Part shown: positions 45,391 to 56,406 of the stretch, in pieces
How positions within the stretch are numbered: position 1 is the first letter of the stretch
Layout of the letters: each line of letters opens with the position of its first letter
DNA from: Zancudomyces culisetae HAW-14-8
Taxonomy: Eukaryota > Fungi > Kickxellomycota
Direction of reading: 5' to 3'
DNA: 64,000 bases
Assembly (NCBI GenBank): GCA_052426225.1
Contig: JBNJNM010000008.1
Span: 1,116,001 to 1,180,000 of the forward strand
Notes under the pieces: model-generated
The model's input: only the letters and a program-made list of their open reading frames with translations
Database searches by the model: none
What the model was told of the DNA's origin: nothing
Translations under genes and position numbers: made by a program

Positions 45391-47745
45391 TCAGGAAATC
45401 TTCTTCGTTGCAGCCTTGCATAAATATCTGATTTGACGCGAAGTGATTTTAATATTAGAGGCAGCAGCAATCAGCTTATCAGGAACCAACCAGTTCTGAG
45501 GAATGTGAAGCAATAGAGCAAGCTGGTCAGGAAGAGTCGGGCAATTTGTGAGCAAGTGATCGGAACAGATATCCATGATTGCAAGAGCAACACGGAATAA
45601 AACTTTGATGCCTCGGAAAAGAAACCAGTCCCAGACACGAAGAACAGAAGACCAGGGCAGAGACATAGTAAACACTGTCATAAACCAGGGGGTAACATAC
45701 ATAAGAGGTTCGCATTCGGAGGCAGAAAGATGAGCAGCAAGTTTGCGATTATGAGAGGTAAGAAGCATCTCAAAGACGTATGCGTGTACTTTCAGCTGCG
45801 AAAGAGAAGGTGTAAAGTAGTTAAGCATGTGAGTGTCGAGCAAAGTAGCCAGAGACCAAAAGGACTCGGATTCCGACATGCCAACAATAGCAAATAGCCC
45901 GGCCAGACGGTTCATTCCCTGGCAGTAACCAACCTCGGAATTGTAGTTTGCATAGGCATCCAAAATGCTGCGCAGAAGCAGCTGACCCTCGCAGCTCTCG
46001 TCGTAGAACAGAGCGTGGTCTGGATACGTCCGCGGAATGTCGCGCCCAATAACGTCTTTTAGCGTAGGTTCGACCGGTTTGGATTTGAGCGATTCGTACT
46101 CGCTGCTGAGCGTCATACCGTCTAGCAGATCCTTGAAACGATGCTTGACGTCCAACAGGTACCAGTATATTACAGGCCGCATTTCTCTGGGGAATCCTGC
46201 TTGTGCCAACTGCTGGAACTTGCGCGAATTGCGTACATCGTTTATTGAAAATGTCTTGAGAATCACGCTCCATTGCTCAATCTTACGCTGCTCGTCCTCT
46301 TCGTTCTCCTCAACTTGCGGCCGCTCACTCGTCTCATTCGTTCCTCCAAACACCAGAAATCCATACTCATCAAGCCGTTCTACATACCGCAGCCGTAATG
46401 CTCTCAGCTCGCCCACTTTGTCGCCCGTTTGCTGTGCCCCCTCTGCCGCTGCCTTCTCGCCCTTACGCAAAAGCGCGTTTAATTTCTCGTTCCTGTCTCG
46501 ACTTCTGTATCTGTGTTTGAGGCTACTGTATGTGTTATCATCATATCTTTGTACATCATGCGAACCAGAATGATATTCACCATTCGCCACACATCCGTCC
46601 TGTTCTTCATAGCTCACTTTTTCAAAGCTCTCAGTTGACCCTTTTCTCAAGCCTTTTCCTACGCGCCTGCGTTCGCTTCTTTTAAGCTTTAGCCGTGCAA
46701 TCTTCAGTGCCATTGTGCTGAACCCTGCCTTTTGTAATAATACACTTGCCAGATTTTGTGTCTTTGCTATTCCTAATCCGTCTTCATATCCATTGAAATC
46801 GATGCTCTCTAGTTCCCAAGAGACTCTCCCCAATGGCTCACCTATTGACGATATACCTTGACTTTTCCCTGCTCCCCCTTGCGGATGTTTCTGTGATGGT
46901 TTATAATTGAAACCACTTGTTTTCTCCTTTTTTTCAGCTGCTACATCGGTATTATCCTGTGATTCCTCATCTTGGCTAGATTCGTCGTGTACTTGTTCCC
47001 GAAAATCCTCCCTAAACGTAACTCTACTGTTTTTCACCTTCATTGCTTGCCTACCCGCCTGTGACTTTTTCATATCGCGGTCAAACAACATGCTTTCGGT
47101 ATTCAACCTCTTGGTTCCACCTAAATCCTGCATCTTTTTCGGTCTAAGCAGCCCACTGGCCCTATAAATGGTATTTTTCTTGTTTTCCTCTAGTTTTTCC
47201 TCCTTGTTCCACTGCTGGGTCTTCTTCCAATTTTCCAAATAGTCTCCTATCATCACCGCATTATTCAGCGCCTTCTCAAAATCACTTCCAAATATTGTAT
47301 CCTCACCTGTGATTTCTTCTTTGTGTCTTGCTAAGTGTGCAAGTTCCACTACACTATATCCCTTCTTTTTGTCTCTTTTCTTCTCTCCCTCCACTTTTCC
47401 CTCCGCTTCCTTCCCCTTTTTTTCCTTCACTTGTTCCCCCGCCTTTCTCACTCCTGCTCCCTCCACGTCTTCAAAATCCTCCTCCATATTTCCCCATTCT
47501 GGTGTGTACTTTCTCTTCTCTGTCTCTACTAAATAATATAGACTATCTTCCGCAGCTTCGACATATGATCGATCTACGACACTATTTCTACTTTCCATAA
47601 GTATCCCCCCTCCTTTGTATCTAATTATCTCGGGATGTAGTGTTGAATCTGTCGACTTTTCCACCGAATTATTGTATTCTACTGAGTCCAGTTCTTCATC
47701 GCCTGTCTTCAGCTGTTGTGCTTCCACCATTAAGTCGCTTAGCAT
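45391..47745 (-). CDS. TBC-domain Rab GTPase-activating protein
   Basis: IGRDIPRTYP arginine finger, VGYCQGMN glutamine finger, WFMTVF, LRVWDWFLFRG. Confidence 0.92.
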   Translation of the reverse strand: MLSDLMVEAQQLKTGDEELDSVEYNNSVEKSTDSTLHPEIIRYKGGGILMESRNSVVDRSYVEAAEDSLYYLVETEKRKYTPEWGNMEEDFEDVEGAGVRKAGEQVKEKKGKEAEGKVEGEKKRDKKKGYSVVELAHLARHKEEITGEDTIFGSDFEKALNNAVMIGDYLENWKKTQQWNKEEKLEENKKNTIYRASGLLRPKKMQDLGGTKRLNTESMLFDRDMKKSQAGRQAMKVKNSRVTFREDFREQVHDESSQDEESQDNTDVAAEKKEKTSGFNYKPSQKHPQGGAGKSQGISSIGEPLGRVSWELESIDFNGYEDGLGIAKTQNLASVLLQKAGFSTMALKIARLKLKRSERRRVGKGLRKGSTESFEKVSYEEQDGCVANGEYHSGSHDVQRYDDNTYSSLKHRYRSRDRNEKLNALLRKGEKAAAEGAQQTGDKVGELRALRLRYVERLDEYGFLVFGGTNETSERPQVEENEEDEQRKIEQWSVILKTFSINDVRNSRKFQQLAQAGFPREMRPVIYWYLLDVKHRFKDLLDGMTLSSEYESLKSKPVEPTLKDVIGRDIPRTYPDHALFYDESCEGQLLLRSILDAYANYNSEVGYCQGMNRLAGLFAIVGMSESESFWSLATLLDTHMLNYFTPSLSQLKVHAYVFEMLLTSHNRKLAAHLSASECEPLMYVTPWFMTVFTMSLPWSSVLRVWDWFLFRGIKVLFRVALAIMDICSDHLLTNCPTLPDQLALLLHIPQNWLVPDKLIAAASNIKITSRQIRYLCKAATKKIS

Positions 47746-50600
47746 TATTGTTCGCTAGTTGCTTCTTTGTATATACTCTACACTTTTAATTTCCCTTGTA
47801 TATCGTTGTTTTTTTTTCCTGTATTAGTTTGGTGACGAATTTATTTAAAAAGTAGCTTTTTTATTCCACGACATCTATATCCTGTTTCTTGTACAATACT
47901 TTTTTACCAGTCCTTTATATTAATATCTCTTTCCTTTTGCTTTACAGTACACGTTTTGTGTCTAGCCGCTACAATCCAACTCGTCTTTAAAAATCTATTC
48001 CGCGCTACTCTTTTATTGTAAGTTTTGAGCGTTTCGACAACACAACTAGATTTATTAGCCTCAAGTAGGTTAGTTATGTGTTTTTGGTAAATTAACAGAA
48101 GAAATAAAAGATGTTTTTTATTTGCAATTCCATGCTTTTTATTCCCTCATTACTATAATACAATCTCCTGTTTCTCTATATTTACTACGATTACTAACAG
48201 ATTGCACGCCAGTCATACAAAAAAATGCACTTTATTTAATTTTTCTAATTTTTTAAATACATTTTTATGATTTTAATGTTCCAAACCATTCCCCCCCTCA
48301 AAAACAAAACTTTACTCGCTCTGCCTATCCTTTATTATGAATTGCTTTGTGCTCATCATTCTCGATTAACACGCCCTTTCCTCCCCAGTAAAAATGTGTT
48401 TGCTCACCTGTTTTTGTTTTGTTTTTTGCTTTTTTAATTTGTCGGTTTTACTGCATTAATTTTCTAGGCCAATAACCTATTTATTATTTTTGTTGCCAAT
48501 TTCTGGCGACAAAATATTTAATTTATTTGATTCACTAACTCTGTGCACAAATTACGTTGTAATTCAGGTTCACATTCGATACCATTTGCTTTTTTTTTTG
48601 GTCTACCCAAGTGAAATTACACAACCTCCCTCCCCCCTCCATGTTTTGTGAATAACAAACAGTTACATCTTTCAACATTTAAGCCCCATTAAAATGAAGG
48701 AAAATTTCTGTGCAAAAAAAATGGCTCCGTGTAATTTTTTTTAGATCTCCAAAAAAAGTGGTAACCTCTGGGCTTTTTTTTCTATTTTTGGTGAGATTGT
48801 GTTTATGTATACCAAAACCCTGTGGTTCAGATATTCTAAATGATTATGTTTTTAGTGGCACTTATTACCATGTTCCCGCTTCTGAGATATATGTTTCACG
48901 ACACCAACCACAAAACATCAGAAATCCCCACTTACTTTACACTACAGCTGGTAAACCAAAGTCTTTTTAACACATATTTCTTTTTTCAAAAAACTAATTC
49001 TATGAGTCTCAAGGGCAGCAATAATAATAGTAGTAACAACGTAAAAAAAAAAGATTGATTAAACTAAACTCACTTTCCCAAATCATGTAAAACAGATTAT
49101 CTATGCTGGGATTATAAATACAAACATTGGCTTCATCTACAGCTTGTTTTACTTGTAGTTTTTACATCTGTTCTTCTACTATATTTTATCCTCTTATTTC
49201 AATCTCTTATTATTCACACAGTTCTTAGTGAGGTTGTATTATTATTATTTTTTGTAAAACCTCAAATCGTTTATTTTTTTCAAAACACAAAGAAACACTA
49301 TATAAAGTTTAAATCAATCAAGAAAAAACATAGTTAGCACATACCTATCACCACAACAATACAACTACACTTTATGTTGTTAATTTGAATAATCCCTGGA
49401 TTCAGTAGTTGATGTATTTTACCCACCACCACTGAATGTAGATGTTTGAAAGTTTTATTTTTGGTCTCTAATAAAAGCCATTTTTTACTTGATAGCACTT
49501 TAATTGCCTAAACCTTCATTCTTTTTTGCTCGGTTATTCAAAACGCAAACATAATTGATGAATTAAAAAAATGAAATACATTTTCTTGTTCTTAATTATC
49601 TTCAAAACAAAATGTGAAAACTTTAATAGGTAGCTTGTACACACAATCAGTATATCTCTTTGTTCTATCTTGCTAACACTTGCTCGTGTTGTATATTTAT
49701 GGGTATTTCTCTAGATTAGGAAACTTTTGAGTGGGGTTTTCACAAAGTGCTTTATATTTGCTTTTAATCATGAAAACATATAATCTCCCTAGCTTTGAGA
49801 ATAGCTCTTCCTAAACATAGCTGTTAAATCTAATTCTCCGAAACCTAGTTCTAAGCAAAAAAAAATGGTACACTATTTTTTTCTGACAGTTAGAAAACTT
49901 TTTCTCCTCTCCGAAAAAAAGGTAGGAAAAAATTGAGTACAATGGCATGAGTTGCATAACAATAGCTACCACCATCAGTTTCTACTTTTATGTACCTTAA
50001 TTTATATTGATTAGATTTCAATCATAAATAATCCGTTTTTAAAACGTTTAATTCACAATTACAAATCCCATATTTGGCTACACGTACTTGAATAATATAT
50101 ACAAATGCTCTTAAGTATCTCTTGGTATTTACTCAACAATATTCTATATTTTGTATGTGGGTAGCAATAGAACACACATTTATTAACTCAAATATCCTCA
50201 GACATTTAACACGAATAAAGACATGCATCTAGCCCCAAAATTTTAACATCGTACTTGGCAAGAATCGGCCATTGATCTTGTGTATCTATTTTTCTTGTCT
50301 TGGTATTTTATGTGTCTTTTTTTATAAATTAACCTAAAAATAAACCTTGAGTCAACGCCCGGTGGGTATGGAGTCCCTAGAGGGACGGAGGTGAACTGGC
50401 AAAGATATTTTATGGGATTATTTTTTGTAGTTTTATGTGATATTTATTTAACAAGTTCATCAGAAATATTAATAAAAAAACCTAAAAAAAGGCAGTAAAA
50501 TAAGTTGCATGAATAAAAAGATCGGCATTGACACTAGAGTGAGAAAAGGGGGGAATTAGTGGTAAATTACTAATTCTTATGTATAATCTCATTTAATCCC

Positions 50601-50648
50601 AATTCCACCATTCCACTATTCCACCATTCCACTATTCCACCATTCCAC
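50601..50648. repeat. 8-bp tandem repeat (ATTCCACC/ATTCCACT), about 6 copies
   Basis: Seen directly, about 400 bp upstream of the secreted-protein gene. Confidence 0.85.
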
Positions 50649-51011
50649 AAATCTGACCCATCTAAGCTAGCCAAATCCGAACATAATTACCAAGCTAACC
50701 GGTTTTGTATATATTTCGCGATAAAGCACTTTGCTAATAAATATTCACAACAAAAAATTGTGCTGTTGTTTAAACTTTTCATTTTGGGGATAAGGGAAAG
50801 GGGGAGACAAGAGACAAGAGACAAGAGAGACGCTCGCTTTCCGCCAATTTCAAGTCAAAAAATACTGACTCTAATAAAATAAATTGTAAATAGAACAAGT
50901 TATAACTCAAACTTGCTATAAGTAGTCAGATGCATATCTCGGGTTTTAAATACATATAAACCATTTTTGACCCTCTCTTGTATTAACTCAATACAAGCAT
51001 TCTAAATAATT

Positions 51012-51434
51012 ATGAGATATCGCACAAAAATGCAATTTGTGTGGCTATTATCTTTTTTTTTCGCCACTGCTACCCAATCAATGTCTATGCAAACGTCTTT
51101 AACAAACACACGATCATGTTTTACAGGTAATTGTTGCTTTAGCTACATAGAAACTAGGTGTGTTTCTGAGTGTTATGATGTAAAAAACGCAGCTTTGTCT
51201 GTGCTCACCCAAGCAAGTAAATGTTGTGGTGACTGCATAACCAGCATACAACAACCAGTCGATGTTGATAACTGTGCTATAGCATGTACTAACAAGTCCT
51301 ACGGGGCGGCCAGAGACCAAACTTCAGCCGGTGATTCGACGTCTACCAAGCTACCATCTTCGAAGTTTATTGCCTATACCTCAGGAATTCCTGCTTTGGC
51401 TGTTTTTGTATTGGCCGCCTTATCACTACTTTGA
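51012..51434 (+). CDS. Small secreted Cys-rich protein, probable GPI anchor, unknown family
   Basis: Signal-like MQFVWLLSFFFATA (ATG at 51030), 10 Cys with two CC pairs, S/T linker, hydrophobic C-terminus. Confidence 0.7.
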   Translation: MRYRTKMQFVWLLSFFFATATQSMSMQTSLTNTRSCFTGNCCFSYIETRCVSECYDVKNAALSVLTQASKCCGDCITSIQQPVDVDNCAIACTNKSYGAARDQTSAGDSTSTKLPSSKFIAYTSGIPALAVFVLAALSLL

Positions 51435-53235
51435 GCTAGCTAGCTAGCTATAATAGGTGAGTCCCCCTCTTTTTTTTTACTTTGAATTGTTTACTTTTAA
51501 AAAGTATTCTGAATTTATTTGGCTATGTCTAAAGCAATCAAAACTAAAACTTTGAATAATGATATTAAACTTGCGATAGCTAAATCTATTCATTGTGTGC
51601 ATTAGCTATATTTTTGGATAAGATTGAGCATTGGTAGGGATTCTGTCTTTTATATACTATTTCTTAATTGAGCTGTAGTAAACAATCAATAGTTGGGCGT
51701 GCTTTGAATAAAATGGATCAAAGTCATTGATACTACACTTTAGTTTGGATTTAACATCAACCTCACATGCTTTGCTTGTAAATATTAGTATTCGCTTTCC
51801 AAAGTATGTGTATCTCATAAATAATCGATAATAAATTACACATTATCACATTATGAGGCAAGTTGATTGGAATATTTAAAATGCTAATACTATTATACTC
51901 CTCATTGAGTCCACCAAATGGCTCATTTTTCTGAAAATAGCTTATAGGTCCACAAATATACTTCTAAAATGTAATTCTGTTGAACCCACAACAACGTACC
52001 AATTGATACTCTAGTTGTGTGCAAGTATTTACTTGAAAGTTGACAGCGTATATATTGGCTGTATTGCAAGACTTTTGTACTCTGTTACTTTTTGAACTAG
52101 TGAGCTAAGTGGTATGTACAATATGTGCTTTTGTAAACTCGGTTAGTTTTTGTTTTGTTTTTTTCGCAACTTCTTTTTGACTCGATGATATTTTTGGTAT
52201 TTATACCAAATATTAATTTTCAAGGAACTGCAGAATTGAAGCATCTATAAACCAAATATCTTGATGTTTTATCCTATATAGTTAGAATTATGTTTTTATC
52301 GAGTTTACCCGTGGTCTATCCACCTCAATATATTACTCAAGTTTATTTTGTTGTGAGTCTGTAAAGTAATACAATATCGTATGTTCACAACCCATCTCAT
52401 TTCTATGGTATTGCTAGTCCATATTTTCTTTGGTTGTTGAAAATAACAAACCGAGTAAAGATAAGTGAGGTTAAAGAAGAAGAGGTTGTTTACTGGAAAA
52501 AATATGACGAGTCAAATGCTTCTATACTCTACTTAAGATATTCTCCTGTTAGTCTGGGACATACAGCCAAGAATATTTATATCAATTTCCAAGCACAAAA
52601 ACAGGTTTATTTTCCTCCTATTACTGACAAAATTCAGCTTTTTAATATTAATTAGATAGCAAGGCCATGGAAAGCACAGGTTTCTACAAATATACACAAG
52701 GAGATTTGTGTTTGGAATTGTCAACTATTTTCCCTAACAATCACGAGGTATGCCCATTACCAAATACAATGGTGGAAAGTAACAAAGTCAAAGCTTTGTT
52801 AAAGGCACGCTGTTTTTTTGTTTTTGTTTTTGTTTTTTTTTATACTGGAAATATTTGCAAGAAATAATCGCATTATACTCATTTCAACCTATTTCCATCA
52901 TCAAAATCAATCTAGAAAATGCAAGCTCTTGTCAAAAACAGGGGAAAGAGATGTATTAATGTCATTGGCTTGTGAATCAACTTTGGTACTTTTCTGCCCT
53001 TGGCATTGGGAGAGAGAGTATACAAAATTATCTTTGCACATTTACTATTAACCCAACAAGTTTAAATATAAAAAGGCATGATAAACACCATTTGGTGAGG
53101 TTTGGTTATTTCCTATTGATATTGATATTGATATTGATATTGTTATTACTATTAAAAATAATCGAATAATTGTGGTACTATTAAGATATATATAATAAAA
53201 CTAATAACACAACAAGCGATAAAGAAGGGGAAAAA

Positions 53236-54147
53236 ATGGATTATACTATGTCAACTTCTTCACCATGGAGTTTACAAACACAGGACATGTTAAACAATAA
53301 AGCACTAAAAATAGAATGGAATAAAGCAACTAATGCAACTTTTCTTACACTTTTGAATGAGTGTACGTTTAGTATTTATAATGCACACAATGATCTATTG
53401 GCGATAATCAAAGAAAAACTCGATAGTACGGTTTCATATGAACCTGATATAAGGTTAAGACAAGTAGAATATGTAGTAAGCACGCCCGAAGGAGTACCGA
53501 TGTTTAAAATAGTCAAAGTACCATCCAAAAAGTACTGGGATTTTGCTGTTTATACCATGGACGGTAAAATGGTGGGAAATGTTGTTAAGAAAGTGTCCAT
53601 AATAAGTTCGGCATATAAGCTGTATGTATTCAATGGAGTAGGCCAAAGAAACCTGTTTTGTACATTCTCACATAGTCCATTCAAGCAAAGGTTTACTTTA
53701 AGAAATACGAGCAACAAACCGAGTGGGGTTTTGGGTCTATTGTCAAACACAAAAGATAAATTCATAGTATCTCTGGATAAAAACCACATAAAAGCAAATA
53801 ATTTACTAAAGGATTCCAAGATTCTCGAGTTTTCGGAACTTCCACACAGTTTTGGAAGAATGGCTGTGCTAATAGCAGGTGTAGTGTCCTACCAGTTTAA
53901 TGTAATGATGAATAAAATAAATTCAGCCACCACGGACTCAACTCGAAATCATTTGAGTATACACCAAAATTCCGTAATGCAACATGATTTTATTCACTCC
54001 TCACATAATTTCTCTTCACACGATACTGCTTCATATGATAATTCACACAATACTGCTTCATATGATAATTCATGTAATACTGCTTCATATGATAATTCAT
54101 GTAATACTGCTTCATATGATAATTCATGTAATACAACTTCATTTTAA
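53236..54147 (+). CDS. Hypothetical protein, possibly LURP-one/scramblase (tubby C-terminal-like) fold with repeat tail
   Basis: 303-aa ORF with repeated beta-hairpin units (FSIYN..N..LA.I, YVVST..G..MF.I, FAVYT..G..VG.V) and a terminal hydrophobic helix AVLIAGVV. Confidence 0.55.
   Translation: MDYTMSTSSPWSLQTQDMLNNKALKIEWNKATNATFLTLLNECTFSIYNAHNDLLAIIKEKLDSTVSYEPDIRLRQVEYVVSTPEGVPMFKIVKVPSKKYWDFAVYTMDGKMVGNVVKKVSIISSAYKLYVFNGVGQRNLFCTFSHSPFKQRFTLRNTSNKPSGVLGLLSNTKDKFIVSLDKNHIKANNLLKDSKILEFSELPHSFGRMAVLIAGVVSYQFNVMMNKINSATTDSTRNHLSIHQNSVMQHDFIHSSHNFSSHDTASYDNSHNTASYDNSCNTASYDNSCNTASYDNSCNTTSF
54023..54143 (+). repeat. Coding 27-bp tandem repeat, about 4.5 copies (TASYDNS[HC]N)
   Basis: ATACTGCTTCATATGATAATTCA(CAC/TGT)A units seen directly. 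Confidence 0.93.
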
Positions 54148-56406
54148 AATCAACTTAATAAATCTTACCTTTTAATGATATGACTGACTAATCAATACCG
54201 TTGGTGTAACTAAGAGATATTTAAAACTTTGTTACTTGACTATCACCTATATAATGTAAATGCAGAGATTCTAGTAAGATATTTAACTGAAATATATCAT
54301 TACTTGTGTACTCTACAAAATAATAAAAAAGTTTTAATATTGATATTATATGACCGTTTCTAATAAACAAACGATTCTACAAGGTATAAAAAAAAATTAA
54401 AAAACAAAAAAGAAAGAAAGCAGTGGTACATCAGAAAATGTAAAGCTCTTGATGGATCGAGTGAGTGTTAATGCGAGTAAAGTTGAAAATATAAATAATA
54501 TGATGTTTATGGTAAATTTGATTAGTGATGTTTGATATTGATATTGGTGTTGATGTTGATTATGTTTGTGATGGATTTAGGGAGATTAAATTTTTTTTTC
54601 CAGTTTATTGTTGGTATATTTGATATTTGGATCATTTTTGGGTCTAAGAATAGTGGATGGGAGAAAAGTTTTGATTAGAGTATATTGATGGAAATCACAG
54701 TCACGACGAAAAACCATAAACCATAAACCAAAAACCAAAAACCAAAATGATTGTCAAAACATAAGAAAAAGGGAGATGAGCAAAGTAAAAAAAGGTACTG
54801 TATACACGAAATGATGGCACTAGTAAAAAAGGTGTAATGAAAAATTGTGGGGGGGGGGGGGAGAGAGATGGGGGAGGAGGAGGAGGAGGAGAGAGAAGTG
54901 AGTATGAATGTATAATCTAGTACAATATAACCGAAAGATGTATATGTGGATGAAATAATGTGAGAGTGAGAGTGAGAGTGGGAGTAGAAAGGGTGGTTGG
55001 TTTTTAGAGGAAAAAGAGAGATGAAGCTATGAGGAATAGAAAGTATGGCATTATTTGGATTGTTTTAATATTTGTGGATTGAGTCGTGTTTTATTTTTTT
55101 TGAAATTTTTTTTTTGGGGGGGGGGAGAAGGAAAGGAGGAAATGGGAGAGGGAGAGAGAGAAATAATTGAAAAAAGAAAAGCAGTTTTTGAAGTTTTAAA
55201 AATTAAGAATGAATGAATGAATGAATGAATTAAAAAAAAGGTTAATAAAAACACGAAAAAGATGTGCAAAATCGAATTGAAAATTTTTTTTATTAAATAC
55301 TAGAGGTAGGGTAGTTATTATATAATAGACAATAATTAGATGCGAATTTTTAACATCAGTGATTTTAGGATATTCAACAATACTACTATACAAAAAAAAA
55401 TAATACAAAATAATACAAAATAATACAAAATAATACAAAATAAATAAAATATAATTATATTAAAAAAAGTTGGTGATTTACAATCGAGGAAATTGAAAAA
55501 GAAAATCGAAAATGTACAACAAAAAAAATTAAAAAAATTAAAAAAAATAAAAGCTATTGGAATCGTTTAAAAGACCAAGTGTATTGATATTACTATTTTT
55601 ACTATTATTATTATTGATTTATTATTATTACTGTTATTGTTGTTATTGTTGTTCTTTTAATTTAATGTTTGTAAAAATAGCAAAATGAAAAGAAAAAAAA
55701 TTTTTTTTTTGGTTTTTTCAATACCTGGTAGGAAAAAATAGAGGGAAAATGATTTGAAAAGTAGAATAAAAAGTGGTAAAGCAAATAAAAAGGGTTTTTA
55801 TTCAGCAAGGTTTTGAAATTGGGATTTATTGATTAATTTTGATTTTACTCTAGTTTTTGGTTTTTGGTTTTGTATTTGTATTTGTTTTTTGTGTTTGAGT
55901 GGTGTGGTGTGGTGTGGTGACTTTTGTGTTGTATTCCTTTTATTTATTTATTTATTTATTAAGAGTAAAAAAAAAATAGAATAGGGAAAATTAACTAAAT
56001 AGTTGTTATAGTTTTAAAAGTAAAAGTATAATAAAGTATAATAAAATAAAATATAGTAAATAAAAAAAACAATGAAATAAAGTAGACAGGTATATTCGTA
56101 CATGCGAAAATTACAAGAATAAATCAAAGATACTTTTTTTTTTTTTCGCTTCTCGTGGTAACAAAAAAAAGAAAGAGTACAAAGTGAAGAGAGTGGCAAA
56201 CTCGTAGAGATTAAAGGGCAATAGGGATAATTAGGAGCGAGAAGAGAAGAGAAGAGAAGAGGAGAGAAGAAAAGAGAGAATCAAAAAAAAAACAAGATTA
56301 AAAGGTAAGAGAAATAAGAAAAAAAGATGGAAAAGAAAGAGATTAATAAAATGGTATGAATAAATGGAATTAAAAAATAGGAGTAGTTCCCCCCCGGAAT
56401 AGATAG

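Noticed and set aside
48670-49080. RNase MRP-like AATGGGGCTTA on the - strand
   Set aside because: No matching GAAAGTCCCC CR-I partner upstream.
50350-50400. Small GC island with a GTCCCT/AGGGAC hairpin, considered as an HDV-like ribozyme
   Set aside because: Could not build the nested double pseudoknot.
52434-53050. Possible tyrosine-recombinase or other TE relic (FPNNHEVCPL; KLLSKTG)
   Set aside because: Resemblance too weak and no catalytic R/HxxR/Y pattern. A translated profile search would be needed.
54023-54143. CRISPR-like 27-bp repeats
   Set aside because: No unique spacers, eukaryotic context, in-frame coding tandem repeat.
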